Shown: positions 9,060-17,921, counted from the first letter of the stretch. The stretch is DNA of 21,877 nt from Promethearchaeota archaeon (GCA_048941015.1 JBHLNZ010000051.1:1-21877); one strand, 5' to 3'. Program-made: numbers and translations. Notes: a model not told the origin generated them from the sequence alone.

Positions 9060-9126
9060 TATCTTTTTTATCTCTAATGTTTTTCCTCGCTTGATTAATT
9101 AAGAAAAAGTACTTTTTATGTAGTAA

Positions 9127-9777
9127 TTAAAATAATGGTAATAATTTTCCACATTTAAAACATTTTATATCATTTCTTTTTACCCTTTCTCCACAGTAAA
9201 TGCAATTAATAAATTGCATTTGTCTTTCATTCAATTTGGGAGAGTTATAAAATTCATTTAAGTACCATAGCTCGTAAATTGTATCCTTTAACCAATCTAT
9301 ATATTCCTTCCAAAATGAAGAATTTTCTGGTTTTACGTATAAGTATCCTTTCTTATCAAATTTCATATATTTTTTTGGGTTATATTCCATCTTCCTTAAC
9401 TTTTTGTAAAGATTTACGTAATATACAATCAAAATTCCACCAAATATACTTATTATAATTAGAATTTCATTTATATTATTATAAATATTTGAAATCACGA
9501 AAATAAGAAAAATAATAAAGATTATTCTTTTTAAAATTGATTTAAATAAATTTGATTTGAATCTTTTCCATGCTTGAAATTCTAACATGCATCTCATGCA
9601 TACTGGAACAGATAAATTATGTATTCTATACTTATATTTAGATTCTCTATTTATTACACTCTTTTTATTTAATAGGCTTTCTAATGTTAGGGGAATTGTA
9701 TTATGGACATAACCACATTTAATGCATTTTAAAACCTTAAAAGCCCAAACTAAATCATTATTATCTTCAAGAGACAT
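9127..9777 (-). CDS. Zinc-finger membrane protein (CxxC...CxxC, 2 TM, C-terminal zinc ribbon)
   Basis: CIKCG and CMRC, two TM helices, then C-terminal CIYCG-x9-CFKCG. Confidence 0.75.
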   Translation of the reverse strand: MSLEDNNDLVWAFKVLKCIKCGYVHNTIPLTLESLLNKKSVINRESKYKYRIHNLSVPVCMRCMLEFQAWKRFKSNLFKSILKRIIFIIFLIFVISNIYNNINEILIIISIFGGILIVYYVNLYKKLRKMEYNPKKYMKFDKKGYLYVKPENSSFWKEYIDWLKDTIYELWYLNEFYNSPKLNERQMQFINCIYCGERVKRNDIKCFKCGKLLPLF

Positions 9778-10001
9778 TCATAAACTAATTTATAATTTTT
9801 ATTTCTAAAATAATCATTACCTAAGTAAACTTTTAACTTTTATTAAACAATGAATATCATAAATATGAAATATATGGGAGATATTTCTTCAGATTTTATT
9901 AAACAAAACTTATATTAAAACAAATCAATAGATTTACAATAATTTATTAAATATTGAGCCTAATCTACCATATTATATCATTTAAAAAAAATGGGATTTG
10001 A

Positions 10002-10388
10002 ATGATTTTTGATATACTTAGCGAACTTGACACTTTTGAAGAAATTTTTTGGTTTATTATTTTTTACTTAATTTTTCTGTTAATAATGACGATTTTCTTA
10101 AAAATTGCGATAAGTTTTTTTAGTAGTGCAAGAAATACTGAATTTGGCAAGGTTTTTTTAACATCTTTTATGATTACTATCGTATATTTAATTGTCTTCT
10201 TATTTATCCAAAATTGGGTTGCATGGCTTATCGTTATAATTGTTGCTTGGATCATCATCAGTGCCATGCATAAAATTGGATTTCTTGGAGCAATCCTTGC
10301 CACAATAATTGCGTTCATACTTTATGTAGTTGTAGCATTGATAATTGGGGCTATTCTTGGTATAACTTTAATTGTATTACCTTTTTAA
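10002..10388 (+). CDS. Hypothetical small membrane protein (~4 TM)
   Basis: Almost entirely hydrophobic helices; sits cleanly between neighbouring genes. Confidence 0.75.
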   Translation: MIFDILSELDTFEEIFWFIIFYLIFLLIMTIFLKIAISFFSSARNTEFGKVFLTSFMITIVYLIVFLFIQNWVAWLIVIIVAWIIISAMHKIGFLGAILATIIAFILYVVVALIIGAILGITLIVLPF

Positions 10389-10399
10389 ATACACTTTTT

Positions 10400-10975
10400 T
10401 TACTTCTTATATCCAATAGGAATAATATAAAGCGGATCTATATTTTCTGAAAGATTTAATTCCTTCTTTACTCGTTTATCCTTAAATGCTCCTATTGGAA
10501 CAGATGCCAAACCTAAAGCAACTGCTTCCAAATGTACATTTTGGGCACAATGTCCAACCTCCATATACACATATCTAACTCCACGCTCACCATATCTTTG
10601 AGTAGTTCTTGAATAATCTGCACAAATAATTATATTTATATAGGCTTCACATATAAAATTCTGATTCCAAGACGCATTTGCTAGCTTTTCGCAATAAACA
10701 TCCTTAGATATTAATTCTAAATTATGTTCATTTAAATTATAATGAAAGAGCCCCTTATCTTTGACCAATACATATATTTCTAACGGATATGTAGCACCAG
10801 CAGAAGGTACGGTTCTTTTATTTCCTTTTTTTCCTTGAGTAGCCCACAAAATCTGTGAGATTTTTTCAATTTCAATTTCGCTTTTCTGGAAACTTCTTAT
10901 GCTTTCTCGTTCATATATACATTCTTCAAGGCTTTTATTCCCTTTTGTAAGGGGATTTGGTAATGTAATTTCCAA
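10400..10975 (-). CDS. SagB/ThcOx-family nitroreductase-like flavoprotein
   Basis: SLEECIYERESIRSF, ILWATQG, RTVPSAGATYPLEIY, RYGERGVRY..MEVGH.AQNV.L.A.ALGL...PIGAF. Confidence 0.92.
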   Translation of the reverse strand: MEITLPNPLTKGNKSLEECIYERESIRSFQKSEIEIEKISQILWATQGKKGNKRTVPSAGATYPLEIYVLVKDKGLFHYNLNEHNLELISKDVYCEKLANASWNQNFICEAYINIIICADYSRTTQRYGERGVRYVYMEVGHCAQNVHLEAVALGLASVPIGAFKDKRVKKELNLSENIDPLYIIPIGYKK

Positions 10976-11076
10976 TTAATTATCACTTTTTATTTATTAT
11001 CTAATTTCTGATTTCATAGTTTATTATTTTCTAGATAATAAGTATTTTTATTTGAATTCAAAAAAATATTCTTCCA

Positions 11077-11430
11077 ATGTCTGATTTGAAAGATTTATTT
11101 CAAAAATGGAATGATTTGAATACTAAAGCACAAGCATCGTTTGGAAATTTTGATTTTTCCAAAATTAAAGAAATTAGAGCCAAGCAAAAAAAAATTGAAG
11201 ATTCTATATATGAAATTCTTAAAGAGAATGCATCAGATCAAATAGGAAGTATATTACCTGACGATTGCGGTCAGATGGAAGTGGGTTATGATACAGAAGA
11301 AAACGTCTTTTACTTTGTAATGTTTGATCCCGAATTTGAAGAAGAAGATGAAGCAAAATTAATTGCCATAACTTTGGATATTAATAAAAACGTCTCTATT
11401 AAGAAGGATTTTAAAATTGAAGATTCTTAA
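11077..11430 (+). CDS. Hypothetical acidic protein
   Basis: 117-aa ORF filling the intergenic space, with natural composition (helical N-half, beta-rich acidic C-half). No family recognised. Confidence 0.7.
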   Translation: MSDLKDLFQKWNDLNTKAQASFGNFDFSKIKEIRAKQKKIEDSIYEILKENASDQIGSILPDDCGQMEVGYDTEENVFYFVMFDPEFEEEDEAKLIAITLDINKNVSIKKDFKIEDS

Positions 11431-11467
11431 ATCATGAAAAATAAAAAAAGAAATAAAAAAAATTTTT

Positions 11468-13000
11468 TTAAAATTTATCTGAATCTTCGTACCATTCGGG
11501 GAACCATTGATAATATTCTTTTGGAAAGGCTTTTTGCAAACCTTTGTAAGTTGCCTTCACTAAAACAATTTTATTTTGGCGATCTCGATGTGCTACGATT
11601 AGTTTTTTCTCGATTAGGGATTCAAAAATTTTTCTAATTTCAGATCTACTTCCCCCGATATCTTCTCTTACATCATCTGGGGTCATATATAGTCCAGGAT
11701 TTACTTTATAATCATGACTAATAACTTTAAGAATATTTTCTTCATTAACGTCTAATCCGTTAAATTTTGAATCTTTCTTTGATATTATTGGTGCATTAAC
11801 ATCATCATTCCATCTTAATCTTATAGCTTTATTATACTGGGGTAACATTGCACTAAATCGATAAATAATCATTTTCTGTACTTCATTAGTGCCTGCAACT
11901 ATTTCCCCAATTTTAGCTTCGCGTAAAATGCGTTCTACTGGAAGAAATTTTGTAAGTCCATCTCCACCAAGTACTTGGATTGCTTTTAAACCTACATCTC
12001 TTACGTATTCAGTATTAATCATTTTAGAAATTGAAGCTTCAATCATTGGTTCTTTTCCATCATCTAACATTTTTGCACAATAATATGAGAATAGCCTAGC
12101 AATTTTTGCTTTTGAAATAATATCTGCAATTTCGTTCTGAATTCCAGGAAATTGATTTGTTGTTCTATTAAATTGTACTCTCCTTTTCGTAAAAAAGAAT
12201 AATAATGAAACTAAATCTTCAAAAAGACCACTAAATACAGCAGCGCCAATTAATCTTTCGAAATTTAAACCTGCCATCATTACATTCCAACCTTTACCCA
12301 CTGCGCCGATACGATTTTCATCAGGTATTCTTACATTATTAAAGTCTAAATATCCGTTAGGCACATTATCAAACCCTATAAGTGCATTAACTTTTTCCAA
12401 TGAAAATCCTGGTCTTCCTTTTTCAACAATAAAAGATGTTAAATGGCCATATTGTTTACGGTCTCCTGGTTCTTCGCTAGTTTTAGCATAAATAAAATAA
12501 CGGTCTGACACACCTGCCCCTGTGATAAAGCGTTTTTTTCCATTGATAATCCATTCGTCTCCATCTTTTTCTGCTGTTGTAAATATATTTGCTGCATCAG
12601 ACCCTGCAAATGGTTCTGTTATGCACAATGCTCCTAACTCTTCACCACTAGCAATTTTTGGAAGCCAGTTTTGTTTTTGTTCTTCATCAGCAAATCGTAA
12701 TATTTGTTCTAACCCTGCCAGCATACTTACTGTAAATACATGACCAACAGCATAAAGGCGACCTAACTGTTCAGCAACGATACAACTACCTGTTGCCCCT
12801 AATTCCAAACCCCCGTACTCTTTTGGGACACCTGCTCCAAAATAGCCTTTTTCAGCTACCTTTTTAACTAAAGGCCAAGGAAATTTAGTATTCCAAAAAT
12901 ATTTTTCAGCTTCTTCATAATAATCATCAACAAATTGTCTAACATCATTATAAGCTTCGATCTGTCTTTCATTCCACCAAAAAAATGATTCACTCATCAC
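11468..13000 (-). CDS. Acyl-CoA dehydrogenase with C-terminal winged-helix-like extension
   Basis: VPKEYGG, GALCITEPFAGSD, WIINGKKRFIT, LNFERL, RRVQFN, IQVLGGDG and ERILREAKIGEIVAGTNE, followed by ~125 extra residues. Confidence 0.93.
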   Translation of the reverse strand: MMSESFFWWNERQIEAYNDVRQFVDDYYEEAEKYFWNTKFPWPLVKKVAEKGYFGAGVPKEYGGLELGATGSCIVAEQLGRLYAVGHVFTVSMLAGLEQILRFADEEQKQNWLPKIASGEELGALCITEPFAGSDAANIFTTAEKDGDEWIINGKKRFITGAGVSDRYFIYAKTSEEPGDRKQYGHLTSFIVEKGRPGFSLEKVNALIGFDNVPNGYLDFNNVRIPDENRIGAVGKGWNVMMAGLNFERLIGAAVFSGLFEDLVSLLFFFTKRRVQFNRTTNQFPGIQNEIADIISKAKIARLFSYYCAKMLDDGKEPMIEASISKMINTEYVRDVGLKAIQVLGGDGLTKFLPVERILREAKIGEIVAGTNEVQKMIIYRFSAMLPQYNKAIRLRWNDDVNAPIISKKDSKFNGLDVNEENILKVISHDYKVNPGLYMTPDDVREDIGGSRSEIRKIFESLIEKKLIVAHRDRQNKIVLVKATYKGLQKAFPKEYYQWFPEWYEDSDKF

Positions 13001-13019
13001 TTTTCCCTTTTTTAATTAA

Positions 13020-13046
13020 CTAATATAAGAATTCTTAGATTATTAG
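13020..13046. promoter_or_regulatory. Inverted repeat upstream of the acyl-CoA dehydrogenase
   Basis: CTAATA-TAAGAA|TTCTTA-gat-TATTAG; perfect 12-bp core TAAGAATTCTTA at 13026-13037. Confidence 0.4.
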
Positions 13047-13121
13047 GTGGTAAAATTATTACTATATCTAAAACTTTAGGAAAAGCTAGTTTTTTAGAAA
13101 AATGTAAAATAAGATAAGAAG

Positions 13122-13829
13122 TTAATTAGGAGAAGAAGTTAAATGTTTCTTCCTAAAAGAACTTATAATTGCTATTGCTCCAAATAAAGTAAATATAAGG
13201 AAATAATTACCATAGGGTACTATTATAGTAATGGTATCTCTATTGAGTTCCCATCGATATTCTATAGTACTATTATAAACCTTTTCAATAACCTCAGAAA
13301 TTCCTGTCGTTGTATTTATAGCTAATTCTACGGTGGTTAAATTCCCATCATCTAATATTAATTTATTTTCATTTATAGTATAATTAAATATTCCCTCTCT
13401 TTCAATCGCATCTCCTATTAAAGAAAGATTTACTGGTGTAGGAAAAACAAATAATTTCCCTTCTTTACTCCCCGCTTCTGACCAATTTAAGAAATTTAAA
13501 CTATAATTGTAAGCCATATAGAATGAATTAATATATTCAGGAACCCATGCAAATTTATGGTAATACTCTAAAGTATAGTTAACTATCATACATAATTTAC
13601 TATCATAAGTATCATTGTATATCTTGTCAATTCTAACCTGTAAATAATCGACATCTTTAAACCAAATTTCATCTGAAGCATTAACACAATTCCATTTTAC
13701 ACTTTTACCCTGTTCAATAGGAAATGTCGACTCTCCGATTGTTGTATTCCCTACTACATTTACGTTAAAGGATAACAATAAAATTAAAGAAAATGAAAAT
13801 ATTGCAGATATTTTCTTTAGATTTTTCAT
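13122..13829 (-). CDS. Secreted glycoprotein with Loki-CTERM-like C-terminal sorting/anchor signal
   Basis: Signal peptide (MKNLKK + hydrophobic), 11 N-x-S/T sequons, and C-terminal VPYGNYFL-TM-RKK tripartite signal. Confidence 0.75.
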   Translation of the reverse strand: MKNLKKISAIFSFSLILLLSFNVNVVGNTTIGESTFPIEQGKSVKWNCVNASDEIWFKDVDYLQVRIDKIYNDTYDSKLCMIVNYTLEYYHKFAWVPEYINSFYMAYNYSLNFLNWSEAGSKEGKLFVFPTPVNLSLIGDAIEREGIFNYTINENKLILDDGNLTTVELAINTTTGISEVIEKVYNSTIEYRWELNRDTITIIVPYGNYFLIFTLFGAIAIISSFRKKHLTSSPN

Positions 13830-14011
13830 TTTAGGGAAAGCTCTATTCGATAGAAAATTTTTGTATTTTTGTATTATAGACTGATAATGATTAATATATT
13901 TCTTAGATATTTAAGTTTAATATCTCCAATTAAATTTATGTCAATGAGACTATTGAGAAAAGATATTTTTAAAATATACTCAAAATAATTAATTTAATAA
14001 ATCTTAAGATA

Positions 14012-14038
14012 GAAATAATTTAAACGAAATAATTTAAA
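14012..14038 (+). repeat. 13-bp direct repeat GAAATAATTTAAA x2 upstream of the MFS gene
   Basis: Copies at 14012-14024 and 14026-14038, preceded by palindrome ATCTTAAGAT (14001-14010). Confidence 0.6.
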
Positions 14039-14047
14039 ATAAAAAAA

Positions 14048-15475
14048 GTGAATGAAATGGAAAGCGTAAGTACTCCGCCTAAATTCACAACAACTCAAAA
14101 GGTTCAATGGGCAATGGCTAGTTTTGGTGGGTCGTTGATAAGTGGAATTTATGCTTCTTTACTCCCAATATTTTATGTAGATTACCTAGGTCTCGTGGAA
14201 AACGCTCAAATTATCTATTTCATCCAAATCATCTATTTATTCGTCAATGCATTCAATGATCCTTTATTTGGGATAATTTCTGATCGTTCAAAAGCAAAGA
14301 AGGGAAGAAGAATACCATTCATGAGATATACAGCACCCTTCCTAGCTCTAACGTTTATTTTAGTATGGTTTTCACCAGATCTAAGCTCTGGTGAATGGGC
14401 TATATTTTTATGGATGGTAATTATGACTTGTCTTTATGATACCGCATATACTATTATCTTTTTAGTATATTCAGCACTTCTTCCCGAAGTTACAGAAGAT
14501 GAACAGGAAAGAAATGGTTTGCAAGTTTTCGCATCATTTTTTTCATTAATTGGAATGATTTTTGGATTCTTAATTCCAGATTTATTCCGAAACCAATCAA
14601 GATTTCTTCTTTTAATGTCAATGGTTGTAGTTGGTATTCTGGGTATGGCGTTAATTCTCTACACTTCATATAAATTTAAAGAAAGACCTGAATTTAGAAT
14701 AGTTGATGAACCATTAGGTTTTGTCGATGCGTTAAAATATACATTTAAAAACAAATCTTTTCTCATTGTTGTTGCTGCTAATTTTATGGGGATCTTAATT
14801 CAATCATTAATTGTCGGATCTATGTTCTATTTAGCTGATTATGTTGTTCAGCAATCAACAATTATCCTATTGATATTTCTATTTATACCCCTCCTTCTCG
14901 GAATTTGGTTAACCCCTAAATTTATTAAATGGTGGGGTGTTGCTAGGAGTGATCAATATTTATTAATAGTTGGTGGCTCTGGTTTAATTCTACTTTTCTT
15001 TATAAGTGCATTATCATTAAATATATTAATATATATATCGATAGCAATTGCAGCATTTGGATTTGTTGGTCCTCTTATATTTACAAATGTATTATTTGCT
15101 CAAGTTACTGATGAAGATGAATTGAAAACTGGAGTAAGAAGAGAAGCGGTTTTTTTTGGAATAAATGCTTTATTAACAAAACCAGCTCAAAGTGTAGCGA
15201 TTGTGATACCCGCTGCCTTACTAAGCATAACAAATTTTATTCCTCATGAAATTGGAACTCCTCCAGTACTTCCACAACCTCCTGAAGCTATTTTAGCCAT
15301 CCGCCTTTTCATTGGTTTAATCCCAGGTATAGCATTAATCTTAGCAGCTCTTATTTTACAATTCTACCCGATTAGAGGAGAATATTGGAAAGAAATTCAA
15401 GCACAAGTACTTAAACTTCATGATGAAAAACATAAGAAACTAAAAGAGATGCAAAGAACAAATAATTCTAGTTAA
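14048..15475 (+). CDS. MFS transporter, glycoside-pentoside-hexuronide (MelB/GPH) cation symporter family
   Basis: NAFNDPLFGIISDR...GRRIPF, YSALLPEVT...ER, DEDELKTGVRREAVFFG and YPI; ~12 TM. Confidence 0.92.
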   Translation: MNEMESVSTPPKFTTTQKVQWAMASFGGSLISGIYASLLPIFYVDYLGLVENAQIIYFIQIIYLFVNAFNDPLFGIISDRSKAKKGRRIPFMRYTAPFLALTFILVWFSPDLSSGEWAIFLWMVIMTCLYDTAYTIIFLVYSALLPEVTEDEQERNGLQVFASFFSLIGMIFGFLIPDLFRNQSRFLLLMSMVVVGILGMALILYTSYKFKERPEFRIVDEPLGFVDALKYTFKNKSFLIVVAANFMGILIQSLIVGSMFYLADYVVQQSTIILLIFLFIPLLLGIWLTPKFIKWWGVARSDQYLLIVGGSGLILLFFISALSLNILIYISIAIAAFGFVGPLIFTNVLFAQVTDEDELKTGVRREAVFFGINALLTKPAQSVAIVIPAALLSITNFIPHEIGTPPVLPQPPEAILAIRLFIGLIPGIALILAALILQFYPIRGEYWKEIQAQVLKLHDEKHKKLKEMQRTNNSS

Positions 15476-15526
15476 AATTTAAAAAATATTCAATATATTT
15501 TCTTTTTTTTTTTGAAGATCTTTACT

Positions 15527-16213
15527 CTAAATTTTTTTGGATTTACCTACTCTATTTAGTGCCTTTTGTTCTAACTTTTTCGAATAAGATTCCCATCTGT
15601 CAAGTTCTTCTGGGTTTTTTTTTATAATATTAAATAAGCATGTATTCGCACCTGCTGGAATAGTATGCTTGAATTCAATTTGATAATCTGCCTTTAATAT
15701 TCCAGAGTCTCTAAAAGCGTCAATTATCCCTTGAACTAAGTATCTCTGAACTCTGCAGTCAAATGCTTTATAAACATCTTGTAAAGGACACCATATTATA
15801 TCAAATGAACACTTATCTTCACTTTCAATTCGAGGATCTTCTATCGAAGTCCAAGCTTGGGTATTAACTATTGTTGCAAGAAAACTCATTAATTCAATAT
15901 CTTCGATATCGGCAGGTATTTCGGTGTTAGTTACAATCTCTTTGCCTAAATTATATCCTGTTTTAATTAAAGCGTTTATTACAACTTTTTGCCCTTCTTC
16001 TCCCAGCTTTTTTTCACTCTCTTTTAAGATATTAATTACCGCCATAGCCATAAATAATCCAAACTGTAAAAGAGAAGTAGGGTCGAAGTCTTTACGTCCT
16101 AAAACATCATTTCTGAAAGTATTCAAGGCATTTCGGAAAGGTTCTCCCAGTTTCGTTCTTTTCCAAATTGATTCTTTTCTTTCAGCTCCTTTTAAGATGC
16201 CTTCAGTCTTCAT
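15527..16213 (-). CDS. V4R/ATC-hydrolase-like (methanogen output domain 1-like) protein
   Basis: G.EGQ......L...GY..G helix, F.I.WCPL......DC and F.HTIPAGA.TC.F.I three-Cys pattern. Confidence 0.65.
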   Translation of the reverse strand: MKTEGILKGAERKESIWKRTKLGEPFRNALNTFRNDVLGRKDFDPTSLLQFGLFMAMAVINILKESEKKLGEEGQKVVINALIKTGYNLGKEIVTNTEIPADIEDIELMSFLATIVNTQAWTSIEDPRIESEDKCSFDIIWCPLQDVYKAFDCRVQRYLVQGIIDAFRDSGILKADYQIEFKHTIPAGANTCLFNIIKKNPEELDRWESYSKKLEQKALNRVGKSKKI

Positions 16214-16328
16214 TTAAATATTACCAATACTGTTTAATTAATATTATAAAATTAAAGTTATTAGCAAATTTATATTATATTAAAATATTTTAAAAAATTG
16301 GTCATTTAAGTTTAAGATTAGTGATTTT

Positions 16329-17075
16329 ATGATAAAACTTGTGTTATTAAGACATGGAGAAAGTGTCTGGAATAAAGAAAACAGGTTCACAGGCTGGACA
16401 GATGTAGATCTTTCTATTAAGGGTATTGAAGAAGCAAAAAAAGCTGGTCAGACTTTAAAAAAAGAAAATTATTTTTTTGATGTAGCCTTTACATCTGTTC
16501 TTAAAAGAGGAATACGAACACTATGGATTGTTTTAGATGAAATGGACTTGATGTGGTTACCTGTATATCGATCTTGGAGATTAAACGAAAGACATTATGG
16601 TGATTTGCAAGGATTATACAAATCTGAACTAGCAAAAAAATTAGGAGAGGAACAAGTGTTAATTTGGAGAAGAAGCTATGATATCCCTCCACCACCGCTT
16701 AAAACTTCAGATTCACGTTATCCAGGTAATGATCCACGATATAAAGATTTAAATCCCAAAGAAATTCCACTTACAGAGTGTTTAAAGGATACCGTTGAGA
16801 GATTTCTTCCATACTGGCACGATACATTAGCTCCAATGATTAAAGAGGGTAAAAGAGTTTTAATATCTGCTCACGGTAATAGTTTAAGGGCGCTAGTAAA
16901 ATATTTGGACAATTTATCTGAAGAAGATGTTATTAACTTAGATATTCCTACAGGTATTCCCTTGATTTATGAACTAGATGAAAATTTAAAACCTATTAAA
17001 CATTATTATTTGGGAGATCCTGAAGAAATTGAACGTGCTACACAAGCAGTTAAAGATCAAGGAAAAATAACATAA
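16329..17075 (+). CDS. gpmA: 2,3-bisphosphoglycerate-dependent phosphoglycerate mutase
   Basis: [54 protein letters not shown] and IPTGIPL.YELD. Confidence 0.97.
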   Translation: MIKLVLLRHGESVWNKENRFTGWTDVDLSIKGIEEAKKAGQTLKKENYFFDVAFTSVLKRGIRTLWIVLDEMDLMWLPVYRSWRLNERHYGDLQGLYKSELAKKLGEEQVLIWRRSYDIPPPPLKTSDSRYPGNDPRYKDLNPKEIPLTECLKDTVERFLPYWHDTLAPMIKEGKRVLISAHGNSLRALVKYLDNLSEEDVINLDIPTGIPLIYELDENLKPIKHYYLGDPEEIERATQAVKDQGKIT

Positions 17076-17108
17076 ACTAAATTTAAAATCAAAAAGAGGC
17101 TATTTTGA

Positions 17109-17897
17109 TTGAATATAAAAACTTTAATAGATAATCCTAGTGTTTCAAATATAGTATTTTATCCTCGAAAGTCTTATATCCCCGAAATTACTGATCCAAA
17201 TGTAAAAGTATTGCAGTTAAAGATAAATGATCAAATTACTATTGGTGGATTCTTTTATTTAAAAGATCCAGAACTCCCTGTAATTTTACTTTTTCATGGA
17301 AATGGAGAAATTGCCTCTGATTATCAATATTTTGCTCCAAAGTTCTTTGATTGCGAAGTCAACCTTGCTGTAGTTGATTTTAGAGGTTATGGATTTAGCT
17401 CAGGTAAGCCTTATTATACTAGTTTAATTTCAGACGCGCTTCCTGCATATGAAGAATTTGAAGAGTGGATTGAAACGAATAGTTTTAATCGGTCTATTTT
17501 TGTACAAGGGAGATCATTGGGAAGCGCTTGTGCTGCCGAAATTGGTTCTCATAACCCAGTAAGTTTAAAAGGTATAATTTTTGAGAGTGGTTTTGCTAGT
17601 ACTTACAATATGATGACTAGATTATTTAGGATTAGTAGTCCGAAGTTAACCCCTTTATCCTTAAATAAATATTCAAACGATACACGTCTAAGAAAATTTT
17701 TAAAACCAGTTTTAATCATCCATGGAACCAATGATTGGATTATTCCACCTTCAGAAGGTGAATTAATTTATCAAAATTTACCTGAAACAACTCAAAAACA
17801 ATTAATCATGATAGAAGGTGCCGGGCATAACGATATTTTGAATTATGGTGAGGAATATTTTGAACCTCTAAGAAATTTTATAAAAACTTACAAATAA
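17109..17897 (+). CDS. Alpha/beta-fold serine hydrolase (ABHD13/ABHD17-like)
   Basis: LLFHGNGE, DFRGYGFSSG, GRSLG nucleophile elbow, HGTND.II and GAGHND. TTG start, 33 bp after gpmA. Confidence 0.9.
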   Translation: MNIKTLIDNPSVSNIVFYPRKSYIPEITDPNVKVLQLKINDQITIGGFFYLKDPELPVILLFHGNGEIASDYQYFAPKFFDCEVNLAVVDFRGYGFSSGKPYYTSLISDALPAYEEFEEWIETNSFNRSIFVQGRSLGSACAAEIGSHNPVSLKGIIFESGFASTYNMMTRLFRISSPKLTPLSLNKYSNDTRLRKFLKPVLIIHGTNDWIIPPSEGELIYQNLPETTQKQLIMIEGAGHNDILNYGEEYFEPLRNFIKTYK

Positions 17898-17900
17898 TTG

Positions 17901-17921
17901 GTTTCACTTTCAATGTGAAAC
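17901..17921. repeat. Inverted repeat GTTTCAC-N7-GTGAAAC
   Basis: Perfect 7-bp arms starting 4 nt after the hydrolase stop, with T-rich sequence at 17939-17955. Could be a terminator hairpin or an operator. Confidence 0.55.

Noticed and set aside
10064-10318. 84-aa antisense ORF
   Set aside because: Shadow of the hydrophobic membrane-protein gene.
11434-12743. Three + strand ORFs (67, 64, 73 aa)
   Set aside because: Antisense to the acyl-CoA dehydrogenase. The Lys-rich start of the first is simply the complement of the ACAD's T-tract terminator.
15924-16695. 97-aa and 64-aa antisense ORFs
   Set aside because: Shadows of the V4R-like gene and of gpmA.
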